Positions 28,659-41,653 of a stretch of DNA of 64,000 nt are shown in pieces (position 1 is the stretch's first letter; the number at the start of each line of letters is the position of its first letter). The translations under genes were made by a program, and so were the position numbers. Below the pieces are notes generated by a model. It was not told the origin of the DNA. It searched no databases and saw only the letters and a list, made by a program, of their open reading frames with translations. Source of the stretch: an archaeon (GTDB lineage: Archaea > Nanobdellota > Nanobdellia > Pacearchaeales > GW2011-AR1); assembly GCA_027343665.1 (NCBI GenBank), contig DAHWKL010000001.1, positions 313,294-377,293 on the forward strand, read 5' to 3'.

Positions 28659-28861
28659 AAGATTTGACAGCCCTGTTCAAAAATGCGAATGAAAGTGTAT
28701 TAAGAGGATTTGCATCAGCCCAACTTGAGATTAATGAAAAAGGCAAAGACCCAGAAAATTATTTCATATCTAACAGGCCAGAGAAAGCCTATGAATTCCT
28801 CTTCTATGGGATAGGATATTTGGCTCAGAGATATAACTTTCTTTGGAACAGAGGAACTTAA
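28655..28861 (+). CDS. small hypothetical protein
   Basis: 68-aa ORF overlapping the taw1 stop by 4 nt; no motif support. Confidence 0.25.
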   Translation: MKDLTALFKNANESVLRGFASAQLEINEKGKDPENYFISNRPEKAYEFLFYGIGYLAQRYNFLWNRGT

Positions 28862-29008
28862 ATAAATTCGAATCAGCCCCCATTTTTTTCGTCTCATACC
28901 TATACCGAGTTTGTTCGGTCAGAATCAAACAGCATGAAATAAGATTCTTCCGCAAAAAAAAGAGTTTAATAGTTTTATCTAAATTTAGGAAAATTTGCGA
29001 ATAGATTA

Positions 29009-30154
29009 TTAAAGAAAATTTAGCAAACTTTGCATTGGAAAAATATTTTTTGATGGTTTTTCTTCTTGAATCACATCACCAAAAGTAACTCTCATCTTTT
29101 CTGAATTATTCAGGATGCGTAAAAACAATTTATTCCCATATCTAGACCTGACAAGATTTGCGATTTGGGAATACCCTTTATAAAATTCTTCCCTTTTGCG
29201 CACGAGTTTCTCTTGATAATCTTTAAGTGAATCTCCGCCTTCCTTAAAGCCCAATAAAGCTTTTCCAGCAAGATACCCTGATTCAAGAGCAGGCCCGATT
29301 CCTTCTGCAGTCAGGTCATATGCGCAGTTTATATTCTCACCAACCAAGATGACTCTGCTCCCGTAATTAAGAGCATTCCTCATTCCAATTCTTATAGGGG
29401 CACCTTTAGGTTCTGTAAGATTTCCGGAATTTCCAATAATCATTTTTTTGTCTTGTAAAAAATTCTCCAATTTGGACTTCAATTTTGCGTCCTTTCCTCT
29501 TGTACCGACACCCACATTCAAAATGTTTCCGGGGGATGGGAATGCCCAAGCATAACCAAGAAGATTTGTTTCTGATCTAAAAAGCCAAAAATAATTTGAA
29601 TTGAGTTTATTCACATTTTCTATATAAGTTCTCAGGGCAAATACAGGATTGTCTGAATATTCAAAACCCAAAGAACGTGCTAAAGAAACATTGGCTCCTG
29701 TGGCTAAAACAACAAAGTCCCCTTCATAGTTCAAACCTGATGAATCTGTAATTTCAACACCTTCATCGGAGATTTTTATCCCTTTTATATTAACACCATA
29801 ATCAACCTTTCCGCCTCGAGATTCTAATTCATCTCTCAAAAATTGATCAAAAACCGATCTTTGCAAGGTCATCATAGGAGTTCTTATCTCAACCCTTTCT
29901 CCAGAGAATCCATGTATCAATGCTGAATCAACTAAAAACGATCTTTTCTTGACACCTTCGATCAAACCAAGATTTGCCAAAGTCTTTTGGTTTGCAGGAA
30001 TCGTATCTCCGCATGTTTTATCTCGGTAAGGGTTTCCTTTTTCGAAAACTATCGTTTCAAGACCTCCTCTTGCACAAGTAATGCCACAAGAAGAACCGGA
30101 AGGTCCACCTCCCACAATAAGAACGCGCTTCAGTTTCATCTTACAAATAAACAA
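29009..30154 (-). CDS. geranylgeranyl reductase family FAD-dependent oxidoreductase
   Basis: VLIVGGGPSGSSCGITCARGG dinucleotide-binding motif with the GGR-type Cys; 381 aa. Confidence 0.8.
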   Translation of the reverse strand: MFICKMKLKRVLIVGGGPSGSSCGITCARGGLETIVFEKGNPYRDKTCGDTIPANQKTLANLGLIEGVKKRSFLVDSALIHGFSGERVEIRTPMMTLQRSVFDQFLRDELESRGGKVDYGVNIKGIKISDEGVEITDSSGLNYEGDFVVLATGANVSLARSLGFEYSDNPVFALRTYIENVNKLNSNYFWLFRSETNLLGYAWAFPSPGNILNVGVGTRGKDAKLKSKLENFLQDKKMIIGNSGNLTEPKGAPIRIGMRNALNYGSRVILVGENINCAYDLTAEGIGPALESGYLAGKALLGFKEGGDSLKDYQEKLVRKREEFYKGYSQIANLVRSRYGNKLFLRILNNSEKMRVTFGDVIQEEKPSKNIFPMQSLLNFL

Positions 30155-30497
30155 TCCCTTCTTTTGTCAGGGCACAGAATCTTATACCTACAGGCACATT
30201 TATTAGGGCAGAAACAAGTGCCATATGCTCCTTGCCGTCTCCGGATGCGATGGAACATGCAACTTCCATCCCTTCAAATTTATCCTTAAGTTTCTTTGAA
30301 AGCTCATCCTTAAGTTCAACCAATTTTTTATCCAAATCGACTTTCACAAATTCAAACTTTTTCTCGTGCTTGAAATCTTTTGCAAAATCCCCACCGATCA
30401 GAACTATTTTATCCCACTCTCCGTATTTCATAAGACCAGAAACCTGGGCCCATGTCCCTTCACCTTTAGATAATAATGCGACTAATTCCATTTTCAA
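30141..30497 (-). CDS. hypothetical protein
   Basis: 118-aa ORF overlapping the start of the reductase gene. Confidence 0.45.
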   Translation of the reverse strand: MKMELVALLSKGEGTWAQVSGLMKYGEWDKIVLIGGDFAKDFKHEKKFEFVKVDLDKKLVELKDELSKKLKDKFEGMEVACSIASGDGKEHMALVSALINVPVGIRFCALTKEGIVYL

Positions 30498-30763
30498 TTA
30501 CTGCCTGTCCAAGCATATTGAAGGTTCCAATTTTTTTCTCCTTCTCTTTGCTTTTCTGCATCCGATTCGGTTATTTCACGGAACGAATAATTTTCACTGA
30601 CAGAGTCAATCCATCTCCCAGAAGGATTAATTGATATTCCAAAAACGGAGATATCAGACTTGCCGGTTATGGATTCTAATTTTCCCCGTTTCAATTCTAC
30701 GACGGAACCATGACTATCCGGCAAAGTCACTTCTTTGATATTATAATACCTTCCTTCAGACAT
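30494..30763 (-). CDS. hypothetical protein
   Basis: 89-aa ORF with a 4-nt overlap with the downstream gene. Confidence 0.4.
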   Translation of the reverse strand: MSEGRYYNIKEVTLPDSHGSVVELKRGKLESITGKSDISVFGISINPSGRWIDSVSENYSFREITESDAEKQREGEKNWNLQYAWTGSN

Positions 30764-30828
30764 GCCAGAAAAAATAAGTCTCAGTTTTTAAGGATTATTG
30801 CTATGGAAAAATATTTTTGAAAAAAGAT

Positions 30829-31137
30829 TCAGAGGTTTATTCTCTCTCCGGGTTTTGGATGTATAACCTCAATATCCTTATCAGGTTTATCTATTCCTAA
30901 CTTTCTTAACAGGCTTTTCGGGATTTTCTCAAAACAGTCAGAAAGAGCTTTTTCGATTTCACTTCTTTTCATAAGAAACACATCAGACACTTGGTCTTCA
31001 GATTCATGACCATACAACTTCAGCAGATCAATGCCATATTTCACAAGTTCTACAGATTTCATCTCTTTTACATACCGATCATATGCTTCAAACATTTCTT
31101 TTATTTCATCAATTGAATAAGATTTTTTTTCTTCCAT
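30829..31137 (-). CDS. hypothetical protein
   Basis: 102-aa ORF ending just before the 23S 3' flank. Confidence 0.4.
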   Translation of the reverse strand: MEEKKSYSIDEIKEMFEAYDRYVKEMKSVELVKYGIDLLKLYGHESEDQVSDVFLMKRSEIEKALSDCFEKIPKSLLRKLGIDKPDKDIEVIHPKPGERINL

Positions 31138-31214
31138 GTATCAGAGTGTAGGAAAGAATAAATAAAGGTTTCGGAAGGAATCAACCGATAAGTAGTGGAA
31201 CACGACATAAGAAA

Positions 31215-34020
<2,806 letters not shown>

Positions 34021-34174
34021 TAATAAGATATAATTTTCTTATGCCTAATGTGTTCCACTACTTATCTCATTGAACATAATTGCGAACAATTGCGTTCTCA
34101 ATCTGATCCCGAAAATTTTTCGGAACCATTCCGGTTTCCCGGTTTTTCACGTGATGTGAATATGATTTGTGATC

Positions 34175-34411
34175 TTAGTTTAGGTATTTTATATTATTTG
34201 AAACCCTTATCTTTTCTCCTTCTCGTGGGTTCTTGAACTTTTCTTCAGATTCCACAGTCCTACCTTTGTAATCTATTCTTATATTACGAAAATATTCTTC
34301 AGGGGTCCTTAACTGCTCAAGTGCCAGCATATCCATTATGGTCTCGCCTTCCCTGACTTGTTTGTATCTAACTAAGTCATTGACAGTTACTTTTGCTTTT
34401 TCTTCTAACAT
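34175..34411 (-). CDS. 78-aa ORF within the tRNA-Ala/23S spacer of the rRNA operon (hypothetical)
   Basis: Uninterrupted frame in an AT-rich region; AGGAG 8-9 nt upstream of the ATG; balanced, non-repetitive composition; co-oriented with the rRNA operon. Confidence 0.35.
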   Translation of the reverse strand: MLEEKAKVTVNDLVRYKQVREGETIMDMLALEQLRTPEEYFRNIRIDYKGRTVESEEKFKNPREGEKIRVSNNIKYLN

Positions 34412-34457
34412 TTTCTTTTCTCCTGAATTTATTAACGATCATCCGCTTAAGCACAAA

Positions 34458-34528
34458 TGGACCTGCCGTGAATTGAACACGGATCTCATGCGTGCAAGGC
34501 AAGTATTCTACCGTTGGACTACAGGCCC
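34458..34528 (-). tRNA. tRNA-Ala (anticodon UGC) in the 16S-23S spacer
   Basis: 71-nt cloverleaf; anticodon loop CUUGCAC; G3:U70 acceptor pair (alanine identity element). Confidence 0.8.
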
Positions 34529-34595
34529 ACAAAACGGATGAGTGTATGTAAAAGCTGTCCGTGATTATAAGTAAACTTTTTCTTTTGAAAAATTA

Positions 34596-36045
34596 AGGAG
34601 GTGATCCATCTGCAGGTTCCCCTACAGATACCTTGTGACGACTTAACCTACCTTGTCATATTAAGGTTCTCCCCCGAAGGGTTTCACCCTAACATAACTC
34701 GGTTGATTTGACGGGCAGTGTGTGCAAGAGACCGTGACATATTCACCGGACATTGATAATATCCGATTACTACGAATTCCAGCGTCATGAGGCTGAGTTG
34801 CAAACCTCAATCTGAACTAAGGTAAATTTTAAGGGATTAGCTTCTCCTTTCGGAGTTGCATCCAATTGTATTCACCATTGACGCGCGCGTGTCGCCCAGG
34901 GGATTTGAGCTGTGCTACCTAACGTAGCCCGCACTTTCATCCATGTTTCCACGGCAATCTCTTTATTGTACACTTGGTAAATAAAGATGCGGGTCTTGCC
35001 TGTTACCTGATTTAACAGGTCACCTCACGGCACAGGCTGACGTCGGCTATGTAACCTCTCTCAGCGTGTCAGGTAAGCCCTTCAGACTGACCTTCATTCT
35101 GCTGTCGCTCCTGGTGAGGTTCACGGTGTAGAATCTAATTGAACCGCACGCGTCACTCGTTGTAGTGTCTCCCCGCCAATTCCTTTAAGTTTCGGCCTTG
35201 CGACTATACTTCCCAGGTAGTACACTCTTCGCCTTCGCTTCAGCACCAATACCTCTCGAGGAGGTACTAATGTTTAGTGTACAGTGTTTACTGCCAGGAC
35301 TACACGGGTATCTAATCCGTTTTGCGCCCCTGGCCTTCATCCCTTACTGTCAGAACTGTCCTCGTGAGATGCCTTCGCTGTTGTGAGTCCGTTCGAGATT
35401 AACGCATTTAACCGCTACTTCGAACGTACTTCTCACGTCTTCCAGTCTCTAGCTTAATAGTATTCCCTGCGCGCCCTATATTTAAGATATAGGATTTCAC
35501 AAGGAACTTAGAAAGCAAGCTACGGATGTTTTAGACCCAATAAAAATGGCTGCGACTTGGACCGCGGGTATTACCGCGGCGGCTGGCACCCGTCTTACCC
35601 AGTCCTTATTCGCCGAACTTTTTGAATTCGGCAAAAGCATTCCAAATTGGAACGCACTCTGACTCAAACTATCACGCTTGCGCGCATTGTAGATGATTCC
35701 TAACTGCTGCACCCCGTAGGGCTGGGAATAGTGTCTCAGATTCCCTCTCAGGGCCTCTCCGCTAAGAGCCCTTACGGATCACAGGCTTGGTGGGCATTTA
35801 CCCCGCCAACAACCTAATCCGCCGCAGCCCCTTCCTTAGGCTCTAGTTTCTGGGATAAATCTTTCCAGGGTATATCCCATATTAAGTGTTAACCTCAGTT
35901 TCCCGAGGGTATCCTTAACCTAAGGGTAGGTTAGCTACGTGTTACTGAGCAGTTTGCCTTTCAATTTCTGTGAAGAAACAAAAAAGACTTGCATGTCTAA
36001 GTGCAAGTCAGAGAGCCGCAGCCGCCAGCAGGATCAACTGGAATT
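34596..36045 (-). rRNA. 16S ribosomal RNA
   Basis: Reverse complement carries the 5' end AATTCCAGTTGATCCTGCTGG and the 3' end ...GTCGTCACAAGGTATCTGTAGGGGAACCTGCAGATGGATCACCTCCTT (anti-SD). Confidence 0.85.
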
Positions 36046-36390
36046 AACAACTTGATATTTTACCGACGACGATAAAACAAAATTGCGCAATTTCTTTGTA
36101 AGAAAAGAAATCACTTCACACATACTCCTACTATTGGCTTAAAGATCACAAACATTGTGACAACATATTATAATTTCACTTTAAGAAGATAAAACTTATT
36201 AATCGATTATAAAATGAGCACTGCTTTTACATACATCATACCTTATGTGTTAAACATTTTACTAAGGCACTCATCATCGTTAATGAAGTTTGGAGAAAAA
36301 ATGTGTTTATAAATCTTTCGAGAATGCTTCCAAAAAAATCAATGGAAAATTATTTTTATTAAAATTTAAAAGCAGAAGTAATTTCAATTA
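36046..36390 (-). promoter_or_regulatory. rRNA operon upstream region with multiple TATA-like boxes
   Basis: AT-rich 345-nt non-coding stretch immediately 5' of 16S with several TTTATAAA/TTATAAAAT elements. Confidence 0.3.
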
Positions 36391-36393
36391 GCG

Positions 36394-36627
36394 ATGGACG
36401 AAAGTGATGCGAACAATATTCAGATGAGAATGCAGGAGATACAGTCAAATGAATCATTCTCCGACGCTCTCGGAAAAATACTTTCAGGTAGGAAAGGCTA
36501 CAAACCGGTGATTGAGAAAAGGAAGGAGGTCTTGATATGCAAAAAATGCATGACCCCCTATCTGATCCAAAAGCAGAAATTCTGCCATGAGTGTGGGACA
36601 AAAAATGAAGATGCTGCCAAGAACTGA
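36394..36627 (+). CDS. small zinc-ribbon protein (hypothetical)
   Basis: 77 aa with C-terminal CKKC...CHEC. Confidence 0.4.
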   Translation: MDESDANNIQMRMQEIQSNESFSDALGKILSGRKGYKPVIEKRKEVLICKKCMTPYLIQKQKFCHECGTKNEDAAKN

Positions 36628-36703
36628 GAAGAATTCAGATTTTGTTCCGCAAAATTTATAAGAATTCTTTCCAATTTATGAAAATAGATATGAAAAATTT
36701 TTC

Positions 36704-37639
36704 ATGAAAACTTTAAGAATAAAACTCGGGAATAATTCCGATTTGAGATTGCCAGCGAGTATCCTGAGAAAAGGCGGTCTCGTCGCGTTCCCGACTGAGA
36801 CTGTTTATGGGCTTGGGGCAAATGCACTCGATGAAAACGCAGTCAAAAAAATTTTTGAAGCAAAGGGAAGACCGAGTGACAATCCACTTATTGTTCATGT
36901 CTCGGATAAAGAAGAACTTTTTGCGTTGGTAAGCAAAGTTCCTGAAAAAGCCCAGAAGCTTATGGATAAGTTCTGGCCTGGACCATTAACATTAGTCTTA
37001 AACAAAAGCAAGTCTGTTCCAAGGGCAGTCACCGCAGGACAGGAAACAGTCGCGATAAGAATGCCAAATAATAAAATTGCCCTTGAGTTGATAAAACAAT
37101 CCGGAATTCCTGTTGCTGCTCCTTCTGCAAATGTTTCAACACGTCCAAGTCCGACTGAAGCAAAGCACGTTCTTGAAGATCTCGATGGAAAAATCGATGC
37201 AATTATCGATGGTGGAAGAACAGATATCGGCTTAGAATCGACAGTAATTGATCTGACCTCAGAAACTCCTACAATACTTAGACCCGGGAAGATAACAAAA
37301 GAAGAATTGGAAAAAGTTATAGGAAAAATAGAGACAAAAGCAAAAGCAGGAAAAGTTGCAAAAGCTCCAGGAATGAAATATAAACATTACTCTCCTAAAG
37401 CAAAAGTTATCCTCGTTACAAAAAAAGAAATCCCCTCATTAAAAAGAAAACTTGGTACAAAAAAGATAGGGATAATCTTGAAAGAAGGCACCTTTGAAGA
37501 ATTTGCAAAAAGTCTTTTCTCGAAATTCAGGGAGATGGACAAAAAAGGTATTGAGGTGATCCTTGTAGAGAAAATAAAAGAGAAAGGACTTGGCGTTGCG
37601 ATAATGAACAGGCTGAAAAAAGCTGCAGGTGAAATATGA
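36704..37639 (+). CDS. sua5: L-threonylcarbamoyladenylate synthase Sua5/TsaC (YrdC domain plus Sua5 domain)
   Basis: FPTETVYGLGANA motif; 311 aa with C-terminal Sua5-like extension. Confidence 0.8.
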   Translation: MKTLRIKLGNNSDLRLPASILRKGGLVAFPTETVYGLGANALDENAVKKIFEAKGRPSDNPLIVHVSDKEELFALVSKVPEKAQKLMDKFWPGPLTLVLNKSKSVPRAVTAGQETVAIRMPNNKIALELIKQSGIPVAAPSANVSTRPSPTEAKHVLEDLDGKIDAIIDGGRTDIGLESTVIDLTSETPTILRPGKITKEELEKVIGKIETKAKAGKVAKAPGMKYKHYSPKAKVILVTKKEIPSLKRKLGTKKIGIILKEGTFEEFAKSLFSKFREMDKKGIEVILVEKIKEKGLGVAIMNRLKKAAGEI

Positions 37640-37672
37640 AAAATATTTAACCATACGGGAATTATATAATTT

Positions 37673-38050
37673 ATGTCTTCAGAAAAAATTTATGTAATCC
37701 ATGAACATCATGCATCTCATCTGCATTGGGATCTGCGTCTTGAATTTGACGGCGTTCTGAAATCTTGGGCAATTCCAAAAGAACCCCCCATATCAAAAGG
37801 AATCAAACGTCTTGCAGTCCAAGTTCCGGATCATGAGAAAAGTTATGCAAAATTCGAGGGGGAAATTCCTGAAGGTCAATATGGTGCAGGCAAAGTCAAA
37901 ATATGGGATAAAGGAACCTACGAACTTGTCGAAAAAGACGAAAAGAAAATCATCATCAACATTGATGGTAAAAAACTGAAAGGAAGATATGTATTGCTTA
38001 ACTCAAAACTTGGCGGAAAAAAAGAAAATTGGCTTTTTTTCAAAGAATAA
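37673..38050 (+). CDS. stand-alone DNA ligase D 3'-phosphoesterase (LigD-PE) domain protein
   Basis: HEHHASHLHWDLRLE...VLKSWAIPKEP...KRLAVQVPDH...FEGEIPEGQYGAGKVKIWDKG closely follows the LigD PE motif order; 125 aa. Confidence 0.8.
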   Translation: MSSEKIYVIHEHHASHLHWDLRLEFDGVLKSWAIPKEPPISKGIKRLAVQVPDHEKSYAKFEGEIPEGQYGAGKVKIWDKGTYELVEKDEKKIIINIDGKKLKGRYVLLNSKLGGKKENWLFFKE

Positions 38051-38051
38051 A

Positions 38052-41000
38052 TTAATTTTTGTAAATAATAATCTTATTACCTACTTTTTCCTCAAGACTT
38101 TTCACCCTTTTGTTAGATTTTTCAACTAAGAAGTTCAGCTTCCTTGCTTCTCTTACTATTGAATCATCATAAGCAGATTCTTCAATCAAAGATCTTGCTT
38201 TCGATAGGACCCCTGCTTTGTAATCCCATCCCGAAAGCTCATCAATTACAGGGTTGAGGAAATATCTTGATGCCAGAATCGGTTCATTATTTTTTCCATA
38301 TCCTCCAACGATAGTTCCATTGACTGAAGCAGACTTTCCTATCATCTTTGCATAAGGTATCGTAAGCTGTTTCCCTGCATCAAGTACTCCCATCTTTCCA
38401 CCCTGAGCCATTGCACCGGGATGATGCCTGTCACCCACCCAATAATATTTCGCCGAACTCCTTGTCCTTATCGCCTGAATCGGCATCATATCAATTTCAG
38501 TCTGACCATGCCACATTTTGTGAGCAAAAACTGAATCTATCCCTTTTCCGTCGACACTTGGCAATTTTATATAATCATAATTGAAACTCTGACCGGAAAC
38601 ACTTTGACCAGTCATCAAAACCCTTTGATCCTGGTATTTTCTGTCGAACTGACCCGCTATAACACTGCCCTCTGATTGGCTCTCTTTCTTACCCATCCAG
38701 TGATTGCCCGTACCAACAAAGAAAGGAACACCATTTTCCATAAGTTCTGTATTTATTGGGACTAGAAGTTCATTAAAAGCATTGAGCTGATCTTCAGGTT
38801 TGAATGCAGGAATTCCATCTAAAAATTCCTGAGTGTAAAAATTGACTGCTTCAACTACATCTTTATCGCTTGCATTGTCTTTCCTCATTCTGGCTTCAAG
38901 AATTTTTAATCGGCTCATAAAAGTCACAGGATCTGTGGAATGTGTCAGGTCATCATTTGTAGCAGCTTCTCTCTTTGAGTCGTAACTTCTGAAACCAAGT
39001 TCACCATGAAGACCCTCACTCATAAGGTTTATATCAAATCCCCTGACTCCATAAGCTTGTACTGCCGCGAGTTGTGACGAAGTTATGGTATCCGGATTTG
39101 ACGGCCTTCCGGGAGTTGAATATGATCCGACGTGAAGGTCATTCTGAAGGAAAACTCTTCCGATAATAGGTCTTGCTTTGTCCAACAAATCAGATCTTTC
39201 TTTTTCCAGTTCAATCTTCTCGGATTTATCTTTTGACTCAGCAAGTTTCTTCTCAAGTTCATTGTATCTTTCTCCCAAAGTTGTGGGATTCCCATTATTG
39301 TCTTTAATCGGCATATTAGCAACTCTCTTGAAATACCTGTCATCAAAAAAGATCTCTTCAGGGGATCTGTCAGGATGCTCTATATAAAGAACACTTCCCG
39401 ATATGGTTCCTCCTTTTGCAAGCCTCTTTCCAGCCCAAGTTCCTTTGTTCCCTTTAATCAAAAGTGCACCAAGCTTGGAAAGGTCATGCCTTGTCGGAAC
39501 TTTAATATAAGCAGTTATATGTGCGTCCTTTGCGTATTCCCCCTGAACTGTCGTCGGATCAACAGTGAACTTCCTTTGGGATAAATAACCGTCAGCCCCC
39601 CAGCTCGATAAATAAGCATCAGTATGAGCAAAATCTCTTTTGTCAAATTCTCCCAAAATTTTAGGTCTCTCCCTTCCAGAAAGAACCGCATTTGATATTT
39701 CACCTTCATGAAAAGACTGAACTTTTGCAAAGCTGTTTACTAAAGGTTCATTAGACCATTGTGCATTTGTCCTTGGATGTGAAGTGAAGATTGTTCCGAC
39801 AGGTCTGCTCTTTAAATCCTTCTTTCCTTCAATAGAATGCTGAGGGTCAGGAACTTCGACACTGATTATATCATCCGTATGAAGGAAGACTTTCAGATCT
39901 TCCCTTCCAGAATATTTCTTTATTGCCGGGATGAGGACATCTTCGTAAATCCCTTTGTAAATCTCTTTCTTTATAGTCTCAAGACCTTTTGCCTCTGTAG
40001 GCGTAATTGCAATCTTCTTCGTGAACCAAGCATGGCCTTCCATTTCCTCTACAAGATGACTGCTCGCAAAAGACTCTGCTTCTTTGAGATCATTCTGAGT
40101 CCTCTTCAAATTCTGTTCTGTTTTGTCAAAAGTCCTGTTAACACTTTCTCGATAAGCACTCACTTGCTTCATGCTAGTATTGATATTGTAAAACCTGTTC
40201 CACTCATCTTCAAAAAGAGAATCAAAAGTTTCAAAGTCTCTTCCCAACCTTCCCCTAGCTTTTGCCTTAAGATTTTCTCTTAAAGTTTTATCGAGAGCAT
40301 GTTTTCTTTTTCCATCTTTAGTCTCAAAGAACTCTTTTGTATAAGATTTGAACTCTTTACCATTTTCCGCGAAATCTTTCCCGTTAGCATGCGCCCTCTT
40401 ATCCATAAGAAAATCATAATACTTGTTGACAAGAGCGGATTTTATCTCAGATTTTACAATTAACTCTTTCTGGTCTTCAAGCATTCCTTTGAGCTCAGGG
40501 ATACTCTCTTCCGCATCTTTCATCTTTTGATGAATTTCTCTTAATATAGCAATATTCTTGTCTTCAATTTCACTCTGATTATACTCGTCATTATAACTCC
40601 AGTAAAGATGAAGCTCTCCAAATTGTGGAAGGTTCTTAACCTGGTCAGAAAGCTCAAAGCCCACACTTTCAGCAGCCTCTTCCATAGAATCAATTGTGTT
40701 GACGACGTATTTTTCAAGATTTTTTATCGCTTTTTTGGACAAGTGGGGTCTTCCCAATTCATCATTAAGAAGATTCAACTTTTGTTTTATCATCTCAAAT
40801 TCAACATCATCAATATCAGGATCGGCTTTATTAAGCCCGGTCATTATCGCTCTTTTGTTCTTATTCTTTCCAAAAAGTGTCACTATATCAGGCATTATTC
40901 CACCCTGCATGTGGTAGCTCACAAGATAATCATCAACACCCATTGCCTGCCTTACAATTTTCTCCCCTAAGAAAGCATCATTGTTTGTAAAAAGAGTTCC

Positions 41001-41399
41001 AGTTCCCATCTCACCGCTGAGCCAGTGCATCTTAGTCACCCTATAATCTCCAAAGTTTTTATCCCATCTCAGTTTATTCTGGTTCACCAATGCATTCACA
41101 AGAGATTCATCTTTGGAATAATAACCATTGTTCGTTGGAAGAGAATCTGTTGGAACACCCCATATTCGGGCCACTTTCTCGAAACTTTTTTTCACTTCAT
41201 TGGAAGTTTTTCCTGTTTTCTGTGCAATTGCCTCAAAGCTCGGGACAAAATTATCAAAGATGGAGGAGGTTACAAGAAATCTTCCGACATTGTGAGGTGA
41301 AAGTTCGGCAGCAGCCTTAAGAAAAGCCCTGTCGTCGGAGTTTACAAGAAGGCGTTCCTCAAGAATTTTTGGAACTTTACTGCCCCTTTTTACTTCCAT
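38052..41399 (-). CDS. large hypothetical protein (1115 aa) with coiled-coil middle region and C-terminal metallophosphoesterase-like motif pattern
   Basis: Single uninterrupted ORF; no signal peptide; C-terminal third contains NDLHVG, GTGNHW and GDRHHPG in the order of calcineurin/Mre11-type motifs I, III and V (weak). Confidence 0.5.
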   Translation of the reverse strand: MEVKRGSKVPKILEERLLVNSDDRAFLKAAAELSPHNVGRFLVTSSIFDNFVPSFEAIAQKTGKTSNEVKKSFEKVARIWGVPTDSLPTNNGYYSKDESLVNALVNQNKLRWDKNFGDYRVTKMHWLSGEMGTGTLFTNNDAFLGEKIVRQAMGVDDYLVSYHMQGGIMPDIVTLFGKNKNKRAIMTGLNKADPDIDDVEFEMIKQKLNLLNDELGRPHLSKKAIKNLEKYVVNTIDSMEEAAESVGFELSDQVKNLPQFGELHLYWSYNDEYNQSEIEDKNIAILREIHQKMKDAEESIPELKGMLEDQKELIVKSEIKSALVNKYYDFLMDKRAHANGKDFAENGKEFKSYTKEFFETKDGKRKHALDKTLRENLKAKARGRLGRDFETFDSLFEDEWNRFYNINTSMKQVSAYRESVNRTFDKTEQNLKRTQNDLKEAESFASSHLVEEMEGHAWFTKKIAITPTEAKGLETIKKEIYKGIYEDVLIPAIKKYSGREDLKVFLHTDDIISVEVPDPQHSIEGKKDLKSRPVGTIFTSHPRTNAQWSNEPLVNSFAKVQSFHEGEISNAVLSGRERPKILGEFDKRDFAHTDAYLSSWGADGYLSQRKFTVDPTTVQGEYAKDAHITAYIKVPTRHDLSKLGALLIKGNKGTWAGKRLAKGGTISGSVLYIEHPDRSPEEIFFDDRYFKRVANMPIKDNNGNPTTLGERYNELEKKLAESKDKSEKIELEKERSDLLDKARPIIGRVFLQNDLHVGSYSTPGRPSNPDTITSSQLAAVQAYGVRGFDINLMSEGLHGELGFRSYDSKREAATNDDLTHSTDPVTFMSRLKILEARMRKDNASDKDVVEAVNFYTQEFLDGIPAFKPEDQLNAFNELLVPINTELMENGVPFFVGTGNHWMGKKESQSEGSVIAGQFDRKYQDQRVLMTGQSVSGQSFNYDYIKLPSVDGKGIDSVFAHKMWHGQTEIDMMPIQAIRTRSSAKYYWVGDRHHPGAMAQGGKMGVLDAGKQLTIPYAKMIGKSASVNGTIVGGYGKNNEPILASRYFLNPVIDELSGWDYKAGVLSKARSLIEESAYDDSIVREARKLNFLVEKSNKRVKSLEEKVGNKIIIYKN

Positions 41400-41542
41400 G
41401 AAAACTAAAAATGATTTTGGTTTTTAAATTAATCTGTAATTCAAAATATAATTCGAAAAATCTTTAACTCTTTTTGAATAAAAAGTAAGTTTTATAAAAT
41501 TGCAACTCCTATAAATTTAAACTCCCAAAAATTTCTTTAGCT

Positions 41543-41559
41543 TTTCCGACGGAAGAATC
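41543..41559. promoter_or_regulatory. second copy of the TTTTCCGACGGAAGAATC palindromic motif
   Basis: Core TTCCGACGGAA identical to 12664-12674; ~145 bp upstream of the 1115-aa gene start. Confidence 0.35.
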
Positions 41560-41653
41560 ACCTTATGATTTGCAAAGAAAAATATTTATTATTTAATCGT
41601 CGAGATAAAGTAAAAACAATCTTTTAGAGAATAAATTAAATAGAATATAATGA

